Below, one piece after another: positions 29,043 to 39,880 of a stretch of 64,000 nt of DNA. Made by a program: the position numbers and the translations under genes. The notes under the pieces were generated by a model that searched no databases, had not been told where the DNA came from, and saw nothing but the letters and a program-made list of their open reading frames with translations. The DNA is from a bacterium (lineage in GTDB: Bacteria > UBA8248): contig OZ242260.1 of assembly GCA_965207065.1 (NCBI GenBank), positions 2,752,001-2,816,000 on the forward strand. The letters run 5' to 3'. The stretch's first letter is position 1; each line of letters begins with the position of its first letter.

Positions 29043-30827
29043 TTGGCGCAAGCGACGCAGGTGAAAAAAGAGAAAAAGGTTGATGACGTCAAGAACTTAA
29101 TCGACCTCGGGAAGGAGAAGGGTTTCCTCACCTATGAGGAGGTGAACGACGTTTTGCCGCCCGACGTAACCTCGCCCGAGGTCATCGACGACATCATGGT
29201 GCTCTTCAGCGACATGGACATCGAGATTCTCGACAGCGAATCGGCGGAGAAGCGCGCCGCCAAGAAAAAGAGCGAGTCGGCGAGTCCAGCAAAAGAGGGG
29301 TCGGAGGCGATTAGTTCGTTCGATGATTCCACGTACGGGAAAACCGACGACCCCATGCGCATGTATCTGCGCGAGATGGGGCAGATTCCCCTTCTGAGCC
29401 GGGAGGGCGAAATCGCGATCGCCAAGCGGATCGAGGAGGGCCAGATCGAAGTATGCCAGGCGACGGTGAGTACGCAGGTGGCGATCGACGCCGTCCTGGA
29501 CTTGGCCGAGCAGCTCAAGAAAGGCGAACTCGGCGTGACCGAACTTGTCGTCGTCACGAACGAGGCGGCCTCGGACGATGAGGAGAGGGAAAAGCCCACG
29601 TATGAAGAAGACAAGCGGCGCATCCTCAAACTCGTGACCAGGCTGAAAACGCAACTCCGCACCCTGGAGAAGAGAAAAGCGGAGAAGAACAAGCCCGTTA
29701 ATTTGCAAAGAGCGCGCGACAGGGTGGCGGCCTGCATCCGCGAGATGAACCTGCGGCCCGAGCGTGTCGACAGCATCGCCGAGCGGGTGAGGTCCTATGT
29801 CGAAACGATGCGCAAATATCAAGAGGAGATCGGGGGATATCTCCGGCAGGTGGAGATGGAGGAATCCGAACTGCGCGCCGTGATTCGCGAGGTCACCAAG
29901 TCGAAGGGCAAGAACGGCGGCCCCGCGATTCGCACGGTCGGAGAGAAGCGCATTCCCGTCAGCATTCTCGCGGAATACGATCGCCGCATCAAAAACGTGC
30001 GACGTAAAATCCGCTCGACGGAAAAAGCGGCGGGCGCCTCGCGAGAGGATCTCGAGAATTCCCTGAAGATGATTCGCCGCGGCCGCCGCAAGGACCGCCG
30101 GGCGAAAAAAGAGCTCGCCGAGGCGAACCTGCGCCTCGTCGTGAGCATCGCCAAGAAATACACGAACCGTGGGCTCCAGTTCCTGGACCTGATTCAGGAG
30201 GGCAACATCGGCCTGATGAAGGCGGTGGATAAGTTCGAGTACAAGCGCGGCTACAAGTTCAGCACCTACGCCACCTGGTGGATTCGCCAGGCCATCACCC
30301 GGGCGATTGCCGATCAGGCGCGGACGATTCGCATCCCCGTGCACATGATCGAGACCATCAACAAACTCATCCGCACCTCGAGGCAGCTCATACAGGAACT
30401 CGGTCGCGAGCCGCTGCCGGAGGAAATCGCCGTGAAGATGGATATGCCCGTCGACAAGGTGAGAAAGGTGCTCAAGATCGCCAAGGAGCCCATCAGCCTC
30501 GAAACGCCCATCGGCGAGGAGGAAGACAGCCAGTTGGGCGACTTCATCGAGGACAAGAAGGCCGAGGTGCCGCAGGACTCCGTCATCAAGCTGAACTTGA
30601 AGGAGCAGACCCAGAAGGTGCTCCAGACCTTGAGCCCGCGCGAGGAGAAGGTGCTGCGCAAGCGCTTCGGAATCGGGGCGGAGAACGAGCATACGCTCGA
30701 GGAGGTGGGGCAGGATTTCGACGTCACCCGCGAGCGCATACGCCAGATTGAGGCGAAAGCGCTCAGGAAACTCAGGCATCCCTCGCGGAGCAAGAAGCTC
30801 AAGAGCTTCATCGAAGAGGAAGTGTAA
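29043..30827 (+). CDS. rpoD: Primary RNA polymerase sigma factor (sigma70)
   Basis: [50 protein letters not shown] start at 29043 chosen from the AGGAG SD (ORF extends to 29025). Confidence 0.98.
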   Translation: MAQATQVKKEKKVDDVKNLIDLGKEKGFLTYEEVNDVLPPDVTSPEVIDDIMVLFSDMDIEILDSESAEKRAAKKKSESASPAKEGSEAISSFDDSTYGKTDDPMRMYLREMGQIPLLSREGEIAIAKRIEEGQIEVCQATVSTQVAIDAVLDLAEQLKKGELGVTELVVVTNEAASDDEEREKPTYEEDKRRILKLVTRLKTQLRTLEKRKAEKNKPVNLQRARDRVAACIREMNLRPERVDSIAERVRSYVETMRKYQEEIGGYLRQVEMEESELRAVIREVTKSKGKNGGPAIRTVGEKRIPVSILAEYDRRIKNVRRKIRSTEKAAGASREDLENSLKMIRRGRRKDRRAKKELAEANLRLVVSIAKKYTNRGLQFLDLIQEGNIGLMKAVDKFEYKRGYKFSTYATWWIRQAITRAIADQARTIRIPVHMIETINKLIRTSRQLIQELGREPLPEEIAVKMDMPVDKVRKVLKIAKEPISLETPIGEEEDSQLGDFIEDKKAEVPQDSVIKLNLKEQTQKVLQTLSPREEKVLRKRFGIGAENEHTLEEVGQDFDVTRERIRQIEAKALRKLRHPSRSKKLKSFIEEEV

Positions 30828-30952
30828 GCCGTAAACCCCGCGTGATTGACAATGATCGCGCGCGGGGCCATATATGCACAGCGAACGCGCGGCGCCCGAG
30901 GCGAAGGATGCACCGGTTTCCCGGCGTCCCTCTTGACGGTCGCGTTGCTATC

Positions 30953-31027
30953 GGGCCCATAGCTCAGCGGTAGAGCCGCCGGCTCATAACCGGCTGGTCC
31001 TTGGTTCGAATCCAGGTGGGCCCACCA
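30953..31027 (+). tRNA. tRNA with CAT anticodon, probably tRNA-Ile2 (lysidine)
   Basis: Acceptor GGGCCCA/TGGGCCC plus ACCA. Anticodon arm GCCGG-CTCATAA-CCGGC. Paired 1:72 and no GGG/CCC anticodon stem, so not an initiator. C4/C5 and the position after rpoD favour Ile2. Confidence 0.9.
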
Positions 31028-31072
31028 CAAGATTACTTGTTGAACATCTGACGATGCGAGGAGTTTGGCGTA

Positions 31073-31825
31073 GTGCACCCGGAATTGGCGGCCTTGATGG
31101 AGCTTCAGGCGATTGATGTAAAAATGGATCAATGCCGCGATGCGATTTCCAGCGTTCCCGCCTCCATCGAAAAGGAGAAGCGGTATTTGGCGGATTTCGA
31201 GTCGTCCGTTGAGGAACTCGAGGGGGAAGTGGAAGCCGCCAGGAAGAAATTGCGTGAAGCGGAAGGCGAAATTCAGTCCTTCGACCAGAAGCTCAGAGAC
31301 ACGCGCGGCAAGCAGACGCTCGTCAAGACGAACGAGGAATACCGCGCCCTGGGTGCTGAGATCGAAGGGTATCAGAACCGGATCAGCGCTTTGGAGGATA
31401 CCGTTCTCGAGATCATGGATAGCATGCCGGTGCACGAGGAGAAACTCAGCCTCGCACACGGCGAGTTGGAGTCGGCCAGGAGTAAGGTGCAGGGCGAGGT
31501 GAAGAAGCACGAGAATCATCGGGCGGAGTTCGAGCGTGAATTAAGCGCGCTTCTCGATAAGTCGAAAGCCCTCGCAGGCGGCGTGAGCGAGCAGTGGATG
31601 ACGCGCTACCAGAGTTTGAGAAAAGCCCGGAAGGGGCTGGCCGTTTGCGCGGTCGTCAATCGCACCTGCCAGGGCTGCCGCACGGCGGAGACCATTAAGC
31701 GCTTTTTGGAGATCAGGGATTCTGAGGACAGGATTTTCGAGTGCTCGAATTGCAAGCGCATCCTCTATTACCAGGAAGAGGGTGAGGGTGTGAAGTTGAG
31801 TCTGCCGGCGGTCGACCCTGAATGA
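31073..31825 (+). CDS. Coiled-coil protein with C-terminal C4 Zn-ribbon (DUF164/CT398-like)
   Basis: L..LQ.ID, KTNEEY.AL..EI, CQGC...CSNCKRILY. Confidence 0.9.
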   Translation: MHPELAALMELQAIDVKMDQCRDAISSVPASIEKEKRYLADFESSVEELEGEVEAARKKLREAEGEIQSFDQKLRDTRGKQTLVKTNEEYRALGAEIEGYQNRISALEDTVLEIMDSMPVHEEKLSLAHGELESARSKVQGEVKKHENHRAEFERELSALLDKSKALAGGVSEQWMTRYQSLRKARKGLAVCAVVNRTCQGCRTAETIKRFLEIRDSEDRIFECSNCKRILYYQEEGEGVKLSLPAVDPE

Positions 31826-32235
31826 GAATTGGCCACCTGCGGATTCACACCGATGGCGCCGCGCGTGGGAATCCGGGTCCTGCGGGCGCCGCCGCCTTGT
31901 TGTATGACGATGCGGGCAATTGCGTGGCCGAGGAAACCAGGTATCTGGGCACGGCGACGAACAACGTGGCGGAATACCAGGCGTTTTTGCTGGGTCTTGA
32001 TCGCGCGGTGAAGCTCGGCGCATCGAGCGTGGAAGTCGTGACGGATTCCGAGCTCATGGCCCGCCAGTGGAGCGGTGAGTATCGGGTCAGGAACAAGGCG
32101 CTCAAGCCCTTGTATGATCGGGCGAAGGAAACTGCCAGGAGGATAGGCTCCATCGAGGTGCGCCATGTACGCCGCGGTCAGAACACGGCGGCCGATGCCG
32201 CCGCCAATCGCGCCATCGACGATAGGATGAGTTGA
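31822..32235 (+). CDS. Ribonuclease HI family protein
   Basis: DGAARGNPG, TNNVAEY, DSEL...Q..G.Y, H.RR..N..AD..AN. Confidence 0.93.
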   Translation: MRIGHLRIHTDGAARGNPGPAGAAALLYDDAGNCVAEETRYLGTATNNVAEYQAFLLGLDRAVKLGASSVEVVTDSELMARQWSGEYRVRNKALKPLYDRAKETARRIGSIEVRHVRRGQNTAADAAANRAIDDRMS

Positions 32236-32298
32236 CGAACACGCCGGTTGTTTGCCGCCGGTTGTATAGTGAACCGCGCAAGAGTATGAAAACATCTA

Positions 32299-32663
32299 CC
32301 GGAGTGGGCTGCGCGGCCGCGCGCAGCAATAGTCTGCGGGAGGAAAGTCCGGGCTCCACAGGGCAGGGTGGTGGATAACGTCCACCAGGGGTGACCCTCG
32401 GGAAAGTGCCACAGAAAACAAACCGCCCCGCTGAGTCGGGGTAAGGGTGAAACGGTGTGGTAAGAGCGCACCAGCAGTCCGGGCGACCGGGCTGGCTCGG
32501 TAAACCCCACCCGGAGCAAGGCCAAATAAGGGGATGCTTGAGGGCGGCCCGTCCGAGATCCCCGGGTAGGCTGCTCGAGGCGGTGGGCAACCATCGTCCC
32601 AGATAGATGGCCGCGGGCCCGCCATCGGCGGGTGACAGAACCCGGCTTACAGGCCCGCTCCGG
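32299..32663 (+). ncRNA. rnpB: RNase P RNA (type A)
   Basis: GAGGAAAGTCCGGGC, AGTGCCACAGAAAA, GGGTGAAACGG, GGTAAACCCC, GAGCAAGGCC, AGATAGATG, ACAGAACCCGGCTTA. P1 CCGGAGTGGGC/GCCCGCTCCGG. Confidence 0.98.
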
Positions 32664-32820
32664 TCGAGATGTTCAGGCGCGCGCGCTACCAGCCGCGCAA
32701 ACGCCAGTTTCGTGTCTCCCGATCTACGGCTAGGGGTTGGCCGTTCGAAGAGGGGCGAGCGTAGAGGCGGGATACGGCGCGTTTAATTTACTCGAACAAG
32801 ACGAAGGAAAGCATAGCCGC

Positions 32821-34065
32821 ATGGAATCCCAGGTATCACCGAAAACACTCGAACCATCGCTCATCGCCGCAGAGGCGGTTCAGGCGGCGGAGGCGATGTC
32901 CCCCCATCTGAGGCCGACCCCCGCACGACTCAGCGAGAATTTCTCCGAGCAGTTGGGGGTCGAAGTATATCTCAAGCCGGAGAATTTCCAGCGGACGGGC
33001 TCGTTCAAGGTGCGCGGCGCTCTTTACGCGCTTCAAAAACTGGAGCCCGCGCAGCTTCAATGGGGCGTCGTCACCGCGAGCGCGGGGAACCACGCCCAGG
33101 GCGTGGCCTTCGCGGCCAAGCAATTGGGCGTCAGGGCACTGGTGGTGATGCCCGAAGCCACACCGAATACCAAACTGGACGCCGTACGGGCCTTAGGCGC
33201 AGAGACCGAGCTGTTCGGCGCATCTTTCGATGACGCCTATGCGCGCGCGCGCTCCTACGAGCAAGATCGCGGCCTGACGATGATTCCGCCTTTCGATCAC
33301 CCCGACGTCATCGCGGGTCAGGGCACGCTGGGGATAGAGATACTCGAAGAAGTGCCCGAAGTAGGCACCATCCTCGTGCCCGTCGGCGGCGGCGGCCTCA
33401 TTTCGGGCCTCGCCGCGGTGGTGAAAACCCGTAAACCGGACGTGCGCATCATCGGTGTGGTGGCCGAGGGCGCTGCGGCGCTCATGCGCTCTCTCGATGC
33501 GGGGAGAATCGTCGAGTCGAAAACCGTCCAGACGATTGCGGACGGCATCGCCGTCAAGAGAAACGGAGAACTCTGTTTTCCCCTGATCCAGGACCTGGTC
33601 GATCAGGTGGTCTCAGTCTCGGACGATGCGATGGCCAACGCCATTCTGGGTCTCCTGGAGCGCGAGCGGATGCTGAGCGAAGCGGCGGGCGCCTCCTCTC
33701 TGGCGGCGCTTATCGAGAGGAAAACCAGGGTGAGCGGCAAGGTGGTGGCCCTGATAAGCGGCGGGAACCTGGACGTCAACCTGCTCTCGCGCATCATCGG
33801 CAAGGGGCTGGCCCTCGCGAACCGCTACGCTCGCATACAGGTGCCGCTTCACGATGCGCCCGGCGCGCTGATGCGTCTTTCGAAAATCGTGGCGGATTGC
33901 CGGGTGAACATCATCCACATCGAACACGACCGTCTCTCGACGGAAGTGCCCATCAACCATACCCTCTCGACCCTCCACATGGAGGTGCGCGGGAGGGAGC
34001 ATCTCGAGCAACTGATACAGCTTCTGCTCCAGGAAGGATACGAAGTACGCCGGGAGGAAGCTTAG
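32821..34065 (+). CDS. ilvA: Threonine ammonia-lyase with C-terminal ACT domain
   Basis: EN.QRTGSFK.RGA, SAGNHAQG, VPVGGGGL, ADGIAVK, SGGN.D, D.PG.L. ATG 32821. Confidence 0.92.
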   Translation: MESQVSPKTLEPSLIAAEAVQAAEAMSPHLRPTPARLSENFSEQLGVEVYLKPENFQRTGSFKVRGALYALQKLEPAQLQWGVVTASAGNHAQGVAFAAKQLGVRALVVMPEATPNTKLDAVRALGAETELFGASFDDAYARARSYEQDRGLTMIPPFDHPDVIAGQGTLGIEILEEVPEVGTILVPVGGGGLISGLAAVVKTRKPDVRIIGVVAEGAAALMRSLDAGRIVESKTVQTIADGIAVKRNGELCFPLIQDLVDQVVSVSDDAMANAILGLLERERMLSEAAGASSLAALIERKTRVSGKVVALISGGNLDVNLLSRIIGKGLALANRYARIQVPLHDAPGALMRLSKIVADCRVNIIHIEHDRLSTEVPINHTLSTLHMEVRGREHLEQLIQLLLQEGYEVRREEA

Positions 34066-34068
34066 TCC

Positions 34069-35610
34069 ATGAGCGAGAAGCGCCGCGCCGTCATCAGCGT
34101 GAGCGACAAGAGAGGCGCCGCCGAACTGGGCGCCGCTCTGGCCGATGCGGGCTGGGAGGTGCTCTCCACCGGCGGCACGGCCAGATCGCTTCGCGATGCG
34201 GGCGTCCCCGTGCGTGAGGTTTCCGATTATACGGGCCAGCCCGAAATCATGGGCGGGCGTGTCAAGACGCTTCATCCCAAGGTTCTGGGCGGCATCCTGG
34301 CGCTTTTGCCCGGGCAGGAAGAGGAGATGCGGGCAAACGACATCGCGCCCATCGACCTGGTCGCGGTGAATCTCTACCCCTTCCGGGAGACTATCGCCAA
34401 ACCCGGCGTCACGCGGGAGGAGGCGATCGAGCAAATTGACATCGGCGGCCCAACAATGGTGCGCGCGGCTTCCAAGAACCATGGCCGCGTGGCCGTGCTC
34501 GTCGATCCGGACGATTACCCGGACGCCATCACCCACGTCCGGAACGGCGGAGATTTTCCGCCCGAATGGCTGGCGGGCCTGGCCTTGAAGGCGTTTCGTC
34601 ACACCGCGCGTTATGACGACGCCATCTCCGGCTATCTCGGTGATGGCGACGGAGACGCGCTTTCCGAGCGGATCGAGATGAATCTCGACCGCGTCCAGAC
34701 GCTTCGCTACGGGGAGAACCCCCACCAGCAGGGCGCGCTCTACCGCCTGGATGGTCCGGGCGGGTTCTCTCTTTGCGACGCGGAGATTCTGGGCGGCAAG
34801 GAGCTCTCCTTCAATAATCTGCTCGACGCCGCCGCCGCCGCCGAACTCGCGCATGATCTGGAAGGCGTGGGCTGCGCCGTCATCAAGCACACCAATCCGT
34901 GCGGCGTGGGTTTGGGCGATACCCAGGCTGCCGCCTATGAGCGTGCGCTCGCATGCGATCCGGTTTCGGCATTCGGCAGCGTCATCGGCTATAACCGGAA
35001 AGTCGATGCGGAGACGGCCGAGGCCATGCGAAAACTCTTCGTTGAGGCGGTGGTCGCACCCGATTTCGACGAAGATGCCCTCGCCATCATGCGGAAAAAG
35101 AAAAATCTGAGAATCCTGCGCTTAGGCGGTCTGGGGGGCGATTCCGCGCCCGCGGGGCTGGACGTGCGTTCGATACCCGGCGGCGTGCTCTTACAGGAGC
35201 GTGACCGGCTTTCCGAAGAGGAGTTCCGCTGGGAGGTCGTCACCCCACGCGCGCCCTCGGCGGATGAGGAAAAAGCGCTCGGAATCGCCTGGCGCGTGGC
35301 GCGCCACGTGAAGAGCAACGCCATCGTCATGGCCGATAAGGACGGCACGGTGGGCGTGGGCGCGGGCCAGATGAGCCGGGTGGACTCCACCCGTCTCGCA
35401 GCCGAGCGCGCTGTCTTGCCGCTCGGCGGTTGCGCCCTGGGCTCGGACGCGTTCTTCCCCTTCCGCGACGGTATCGACGCCGCGGCTTCCCACGGGGTCA
35501 AGGCGATAGCCCAGCCGGGCGGCTCCATGCGCGATGAAGAAGTCATCGAGGCGGCGGCCGAGCACGATATCGCCATGGTCTTCACGGGCAGACGCCATTT
35601 CAGACATTGA
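34069..35610 (+). CDS. purH: Bifunctional AICAR transformylase / IMP cyclohydrolase
   Basis: ISVSDK, STGGT, GRVKTLHP, IDIGGP, LRYGENPHQ, KH.NPCG, KSNAI, SDAFFPF, RHFRH. Confidence 0.98.
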   Translation: MSEKRRAVISVSDKRGAAELGAALADAGWEVLSTGGTARSLRDAGVPVREVSDYTGQPEIMGGRVKTLHPKVLGGILALLPGQEEEMRANDIAPIDLVAVNLYPFRETIAKPGVTREEAIEQIDIGGPTMVRAASKNHGRVAVLVDPDDYPDAITHVRNGGDFPPEWLAGLALKAFRHTARYDDAISGYLGDGDGDALSERIEMNLDRVQTLRYGENPHQQGALYRLDGPGGFSLCDAEILGGKELSFNNLLDAAAAAELAHDLEGVGCAVIKHTNPCGVGLGDTQAAAYERALACDPVSAFGSVIGYNRKVDAETAEAMRKLFVEAVVAPDFDEDALAIMRKKKNLRILRLGGLGGDSAPAGLDVRSIPGGVLLQERDRLSEEEFRWEVVTPRAPSADEEKALGIAWRVARHVKSNAIVMADKDGTVGVGAGQMSRVDSTRLAAERAVLPLGGCALGSDAFFPFRDGIDAAASHGVKAIAQPGGSMRDEEVIEAAAEHDIAMVFTGRRHFRH

Positions 35611-35611
35611 G

Positions 35612-37045
35612 ATGCCCCAAAATATCCTCGCCCCTCCCGTTCTGGAAGATTCGCTCGCGCCCATCGAGACGCTGCGGCGCGTGGAGGTTTTTCTAAGCGC
35701 CCTGGCCGCGCTCCCCAAGAAATCCTGGCGCACACGACTGGATCCTCGCGGCATCAAGGTGGAAGGGCCGGGACTCACCCGAGCCGCTCGATTATATGAA
35801 ATCCTCGAAGTCCCGGTGGCGGGGCAGTCGGTCGTCCACGTCGTGGGAACGAGCGGCAAAGGCTCCACCGCGCTGATGATAGCGCAGTCCCTTCTTGCGT
35901 CCGGCAAGAGAACGGCGGCCTTTTTCTCCCCCCATCTCACATCGATAACCGAGCGTTTCTGGCTCCGGGGCCGCTTCGCCGAAGCCGGTCTCATCGGCCG
36001 GTGCGCGCAGGAACTCGCCGAAGCCGCCGCGCAGATGGCGGGAGAACCCGAGTTCGGGCCGCCCTCGTTTTTCGAGTCGACTCTCGCGCTTTTGCTGTTG
36101 ATGGCCAGAGAAGAGGAGTGTGAATACCTCGTCCTCGAAGCGGGACTGGGCGGCGCGTTCGACGCCACGAACGCCGTGGGTCCAGCCGTGCTCGACGTGA
36201 TCACCTCGATAGGCCTGGACCACACCGATCTGCTCGGTGATTCCATCGCCCGGATTGCGCGTGATAAGGCCGGCATCATCACCGAGAAAGGCCGCGTCAT
36301 CTCACAAAGCCTGCTTCCCGACGCGCGCGCCGAAATCGAGCGCGTTGTCTCCGAGCGCGAAGCCGGCTTGTTTTCTCCGCCCCGCGTCGAGAACCCGGAC
36401 TTGCGCCCCAGTGGCGCTTTTTTCGATCTGGGGTTCGACGACGGCGTCAGGTGGGAGGGTTTTTCGACCCCCATGCCCGGCGTCCACCAGGCGGAAAACG
36501 CGAGCCTCGCCGCCGGAGCGGGCCGACTCCTGGGGCTGGGAGAACAGGAGTTGCGGTGGGGCGTCGCCTCGGCGCGCCTGCCGTGCCGGATGGAGGTGGT
36601 GCAGACCGGCCCGCGCGTTCTGCTCGATGGCGCGCACAACCGCGATAAGGCGCAAGCGCTGGTGGAGGGTGTCTCGGGCTGGGCGTTCGAGCGCCTCGTC
36701 TTCGTTCTCGGGGCGGTGAACGACAAGGATTTCACCGGGATGGCGGAGGTGTTCGCGCCTGTGGGAGATAAGTTTTTCGTCACGCTTCCTCCGGCGAGCG
36801 CGCCCAGGCCCGGCCTCGCGCCCGTAGTTTTCGCGCGCGCGCTCGAAGCGGCGGGGGCTGAACGCGTGGAGACGCGCATCGACGCATGGGGGGCGCTCGA
36901 TGAGGCGCTCGACGAGGCGGGAGAGAACGACCTCGTCATCATCACGGGGTCGATGTTCCTGGCCGGCGAACTCAGGCGCCGCTGGGTGAGTGAGGAGCGC
37001 ATCGTGGAGAGCGGCAGCGCGTTTCCTCCCGGGGCGCTCCCGTGA
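35612..37045 (+). CDS. folC: Folylpolyglutamate / dihydrofolate synthase
   Basis: HVVGTSGKGST, SPHL....ER, EAGLGG..DATN, IGLDH, LDGAHN, GSMFL.G. ATG 35612. Confidence 0.9.
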   Translation: MPQNILAPPVLEDSLAPIETLRRVEVFLSALAALPKKSWRTRLDPRGIKVEGPGLTRAARLYEILEVPVAGQSVVHVVGTSGKGSTALMIAQSLLASGKRTAAFFSPHLTSITERFWLRGRFAEAGLIGRCAQELAEAAAQMAGEPEFGPPSFFESTLALLLLMAREEECEYLVLEAGLGGAFDATNAVGPAVLDVITSIGLDHTDLLGDSIARIARDKAGIITEKGRVISQSLLPDARAEIERVVSEREAGLFSPPRVENPDLRPSGAFFDLGFDDGVRWEGFSTPMPGVHQAENASLAAGAGRLLGLGEQELRWGVASARLPCRMEVVQTGPRVLLDGAHNRDKAQALVEGVSGWAFERLVFVLGAVNDKDFTGMAEVFAPVGDKFFVTLPPASAPRPGLAPVVFARALEAAGAERVETRIDAWGALDEALDEAGENDLVIITGSMFLAGELRRRWVSEERIVESGSAFPPGALP

Positions 37046-37923
37046 TGGATGGCTTGCGCTTCGCGCCTGCGAAGTGGACTCCCGCGCCCGCCGTGAAGTG
37101 TTGCGGGCGCGAGCTTGATTTCGAACGGGTGCGCATCATGGGCGTCCTGAACGCCACGCCGGACAGTTTTTCAGACGGCGGTAAATTTTTCGATACTGCG
37201 GTTGCCCTGGAACAAATCGCGCAGATGACGGAAGAAGGCGCCGACGTCATCGACATCGGCGGCGAGAGCACCCGGCCCGGGTCGAGCGGGGTGGACGAGG
37301 CGGAGGAAATCCGGCGAGTCATTCCGATTCTGGAGCGAATGAATATGGAGGAAGGCCCCCTCGTCTCGGTCGATACTTCGAAGGCCGGCGTGGCGCGGGC
37401 GGCCCTTGAGGCCGGTGCTCACATCGTGAACGACATCACGGGCCTTCGCGATTCCGGGATGCGCGCGGTCATTGCCGAATCAGGCGCCGCAGCGGTCGCC
37501 ATGCACATGAGGGGCGAGCCGCGCACGATGCAGGATGCTCCGGTATACGAGGACCTGATGGGCGAGTTGACGGGCTATCTGCGAGAAAGCGCACGCCGGG
37601 CCGAGGAGGACGGCATAACGTCCGTGCTGATCGACCCGGGCGTCGGTTTCGGTAAATCATGGGATCATAACCTCGAGATTTTGAGGCGGCTGGGTGAGCT
37701 CAGGGCATTGGGCCATCCCCTGGTCGTCGGCGTTTCGAGAAAAAGTTTCATCGGGGCGATCACGGGCGTCGAAGCGGCGGGGGAGCGGCTGATAGGCTCG
37801 AAAGTCGCCGAGGCCTTCGCCGTGGTCGGCGGGGCGGACGTGATTCGCACCCACGACGTGGGGGCGGCCGTCGAGGCGGTGCGCATGGGAGAGGCTATTC
37901 GCAGTGGGAGCGTTGGCCCTTGA
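37045..37923 (+). CDS. folP: Dihydropteroate synthase
   Basis: MGVLNATPDSFSDGG, DIGGESTRPG, DPG.GFGK, SRKSF, RTHDV. Confidence 0.97.
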   Translation: MDGLRFAPAKWTPAPAVKCCGRELDFERVRIMGVLNATPDSFSDGGKFFDTAVALEQIAQMTEEGADVIDIGGESTRPGSSGVDEAEEIRRVIPILERMNMEEGPLVSVDTSKAGVARAALEAGAHIVNDITGLRDSGMRAVIAESGAAAVAMHMRGEPRTMQDAPVYEDLMGELTGYLRESARRAEEDGITSVLIDPGVGFGKSWDHNLEILRRLGELRALGHPLVVGVSRKSFIGAITGVEAAGERLIGSKVAEAFAVVGGADVIRTHDVGAAVEAVRMGEAIRSGSVGP

Positions 37924-38011
37924 GCGCGTATCGTGCCGCCTGTCCAGACCCCAATATTTAGATTTTTATGATTTCGTCATTATAAATTCGTCATAAAGGA
38001 AAGCCGGCTTC

Positions 38012-38872
38012 GTGATTGAATACGTTTTCGAGTTCTGGTGGATGCTGCCCGTCGCTTTTTGCGTGTGCCTCACGGCGACGAGCACGAGCGTGGAGGGCGC
38101 GGTTTTCTTTGCGCCCATCTTCATCCTGCTTTTCCCATGGGCGGCGGGTGTGACCATCGTTCCCCTGGAAGCCGTTTTTCTCGCGCTTTCCATCGAGATT
38201 TTCGGTTTCGGCAGCGCGCTCACCGGCTATATGAGAAGGAGGCTTGTGGATTACGAGATCGCCAAGAAGGTGCTCGTCGTTTCCATCCCCGTGGGCATGG
38301 CGTTCGGCTTCCTGGCCCATTCGGTGCCCGCCAGGCTCATCCTGGGCCTGCTGGGCGGGATGATGGTGCTTCTCTCGTTCGCCATGCTCTTCGCTTTCTT
38401 CCAGGGCGGAATCCAGGAGGCGGAACAGGCGGAAGGCGCCGGAAAGCCCACCCGCACGGACGCGGCGGGCAGGAGGTACTGGTACCGATACGAGCACGGG
38501 ACCTTCGGCCACAGTTGGTCGGCGCTGGGCGGGGTTCTCGTGGGATTCACGGGTATCGGCATCGGGGAACTCACGACCACCGCCCTGATCGTGAAGGACA
38601 GGCTGCCCGTTCGCTTGGCGGTGGGAACGGGAATTCTCATCGTTTTCGCGACGGTGCTGCCCGCCACCCTGGTGCATGCCTACGTTTTCTCATCCGGCGA
38701 GGTGAACGTGCACTGGAACATCCTGTTCATGACGATTCCCGCGGTCGCCTGCGGCGGCCAGATATCGCCCTTCATCAACAACCGCGTCGACGGCGAGAAG
38801 ATGAAGGTGTTTCTCTCTTTCGTCTTCATCTTCGTGGGCGTATTGCTCCTCTGGCGCTCCCTCGGCGGCTAG
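38012..38872 (+). CDS. TauE/SafE (TSUP) family membrane exporter
   Basis: Two hydrophobic halves (about 8 TM by eye), GG.L.G..GIG.GE and A.GT motifs. Confidence 0.8.
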   Translation: MIEYVFEFWWMLPVAFCVCLTATSTSVEGAVFFAPIFILLFPWAAGVTIVPLEAVFLALSIEIFGFGSALTGYMRRRLVDYEIAKKVLVVSIPVGMAFGFLAHSVPARLILGLLGGMMVLLSFAMLFAFFQGGIQEAEQAEGAGKPTRTDAAGRRYWYRYEHGTFGHSWSALGGVLVGFTGIGIGELTTTALIVKDRLPVRLAVGTGILIVFATVLPATLVHAYVFSSGEVNVHWNILFMTIPAVACGGQISPFINNRVDGEKMKVFLSFVFIFVGVLLLWRSLGG

Positions 38873-38881
38873 GCGCGACAG

Positions 38882-39880
38882 TTGTCTGAGGACACCCGAC
38901 CCGTCGTCATCGCAGGCCCCGGCGCCGTGGGAACCATGCTTGCGGCGCACCTGCAAAGAAACCTCCCTGGGCGGAGAGTTTATCTGGCGGGATCGGCCAA
39001 CCCGAGCCCCGAAACGTCCGCACATCTGGCGGAAATCGAAGGTGGCGGCGTCAGAGTCCACGGCGAGACTTCTTATACGGCTCGACCCCTGGTGTGCAGG
39101 GGGTCTCTGGACATCACGGCCTCGCATCTTTTCTTCACCGTGAAGGCGGGGCAAGTCGAAGCGGCGGCGGCGGAATTCTCGCAAATGGCAGGTGAGGGCA
39201 CTATCACGGCCGTTTTCTCGAACGGGCTGGATGTCTGCAAGGACCTCCCGCCCTCTTGTCGGGAACGCGGGGTCGTGCGGGGCCTCGTGGGCACGGGGGC
39301 GGAGATAACGAAACCGGGGCAAGTGAACCAGTTCGGCGCGCTTGACGTCACCCTGGCCCCTGAGCCGGGGGCTGCGGAGGACGCCGCTCTCGTGAGGCGG
39401 CTGGCGGAATTCCTTCAACCTCTGGGGATACGCGTCCGCCAGAAACGCGACGGCAAGGAGGCGGAATGGAGGAAGGCGGTGGCCAACGCCGTCATCAACC
39501 CCCTGGGGGCCGCGCTCGAGCTCAGAAACGGCGAATTGCTGGAAACCCCTTCCGCCGCGGTGCTCGTGGAGGCCCTGGCGAGGGAGTTGCAAGCGCTCAT
39601 CGACGCAGAGGGCATGACGCTCAATGCTCTGGAGATCGTCCGCGATACCGCCCGCGCCACGGCCGGCAACAGAAATTCCATGTGGCAGGACTTGATGCGG
39701 GGCCGCCGAAGCGAGATTCGCGAAGTGACGGGACGCTTCATCGAGCGCGCGGATGCGCGCGGCGTCTTGTTCTCCACCCATAAATCGTTGTATTATCGGA
39801 TATTGTCTCTTGAAAAAGATTCTTCCTCCCGTGATGCGCAAGGCGATGAGCGCCTTGACATCGAGGGAGGGATTTCATAA
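38882..39880 (+). CDS. panE: Ketopantoate reductase family protein
   Basis: GPGAVG, VKA, NGL, W.K...N..INP, SM.QD...GR.SE. Adjacent to panB. Start uncertain (TTG). Confidence 0.85.
   Translation: MSEDTRPVVIAGPGAVGTMLAAHLQRNLPGRRVYLAGSANPSPETSAHLAEIEGGGVRVHGETSYTARPLVCRGSLDITASHLFFTVKAGQVEAAAAEFSQMAGEGTITAVFSNGLDVCKDLPPSCRERGVVRGLVGTGAEITKPGQVNQFGALDVTLAPEPGAAEDAALVRRLAEFLQPLGIRVRQKRDGKEAEWRKAVANAVINPLGAALELRNGELLETPSAAVLVEALARELQALIDAEGMTLNALEIVRDTARATAGNRNSMWQDLMRGRRSEIREVTGRFIERADARGVLFSTHKSLYYRILSLEKDSSSRDAQGDERLDIEGGIS

Noticed and set aside
30953-31027. Initiator tRNA-fMet
   Set aside because: It has a paired G1-C72 and lacks the three consecutive G-C pairs in the anticodon stem.
32102-32625. 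Three minus-strand ORFs of 109-162 aa
   Set aside because: They overlap the RNase P RNA gene.
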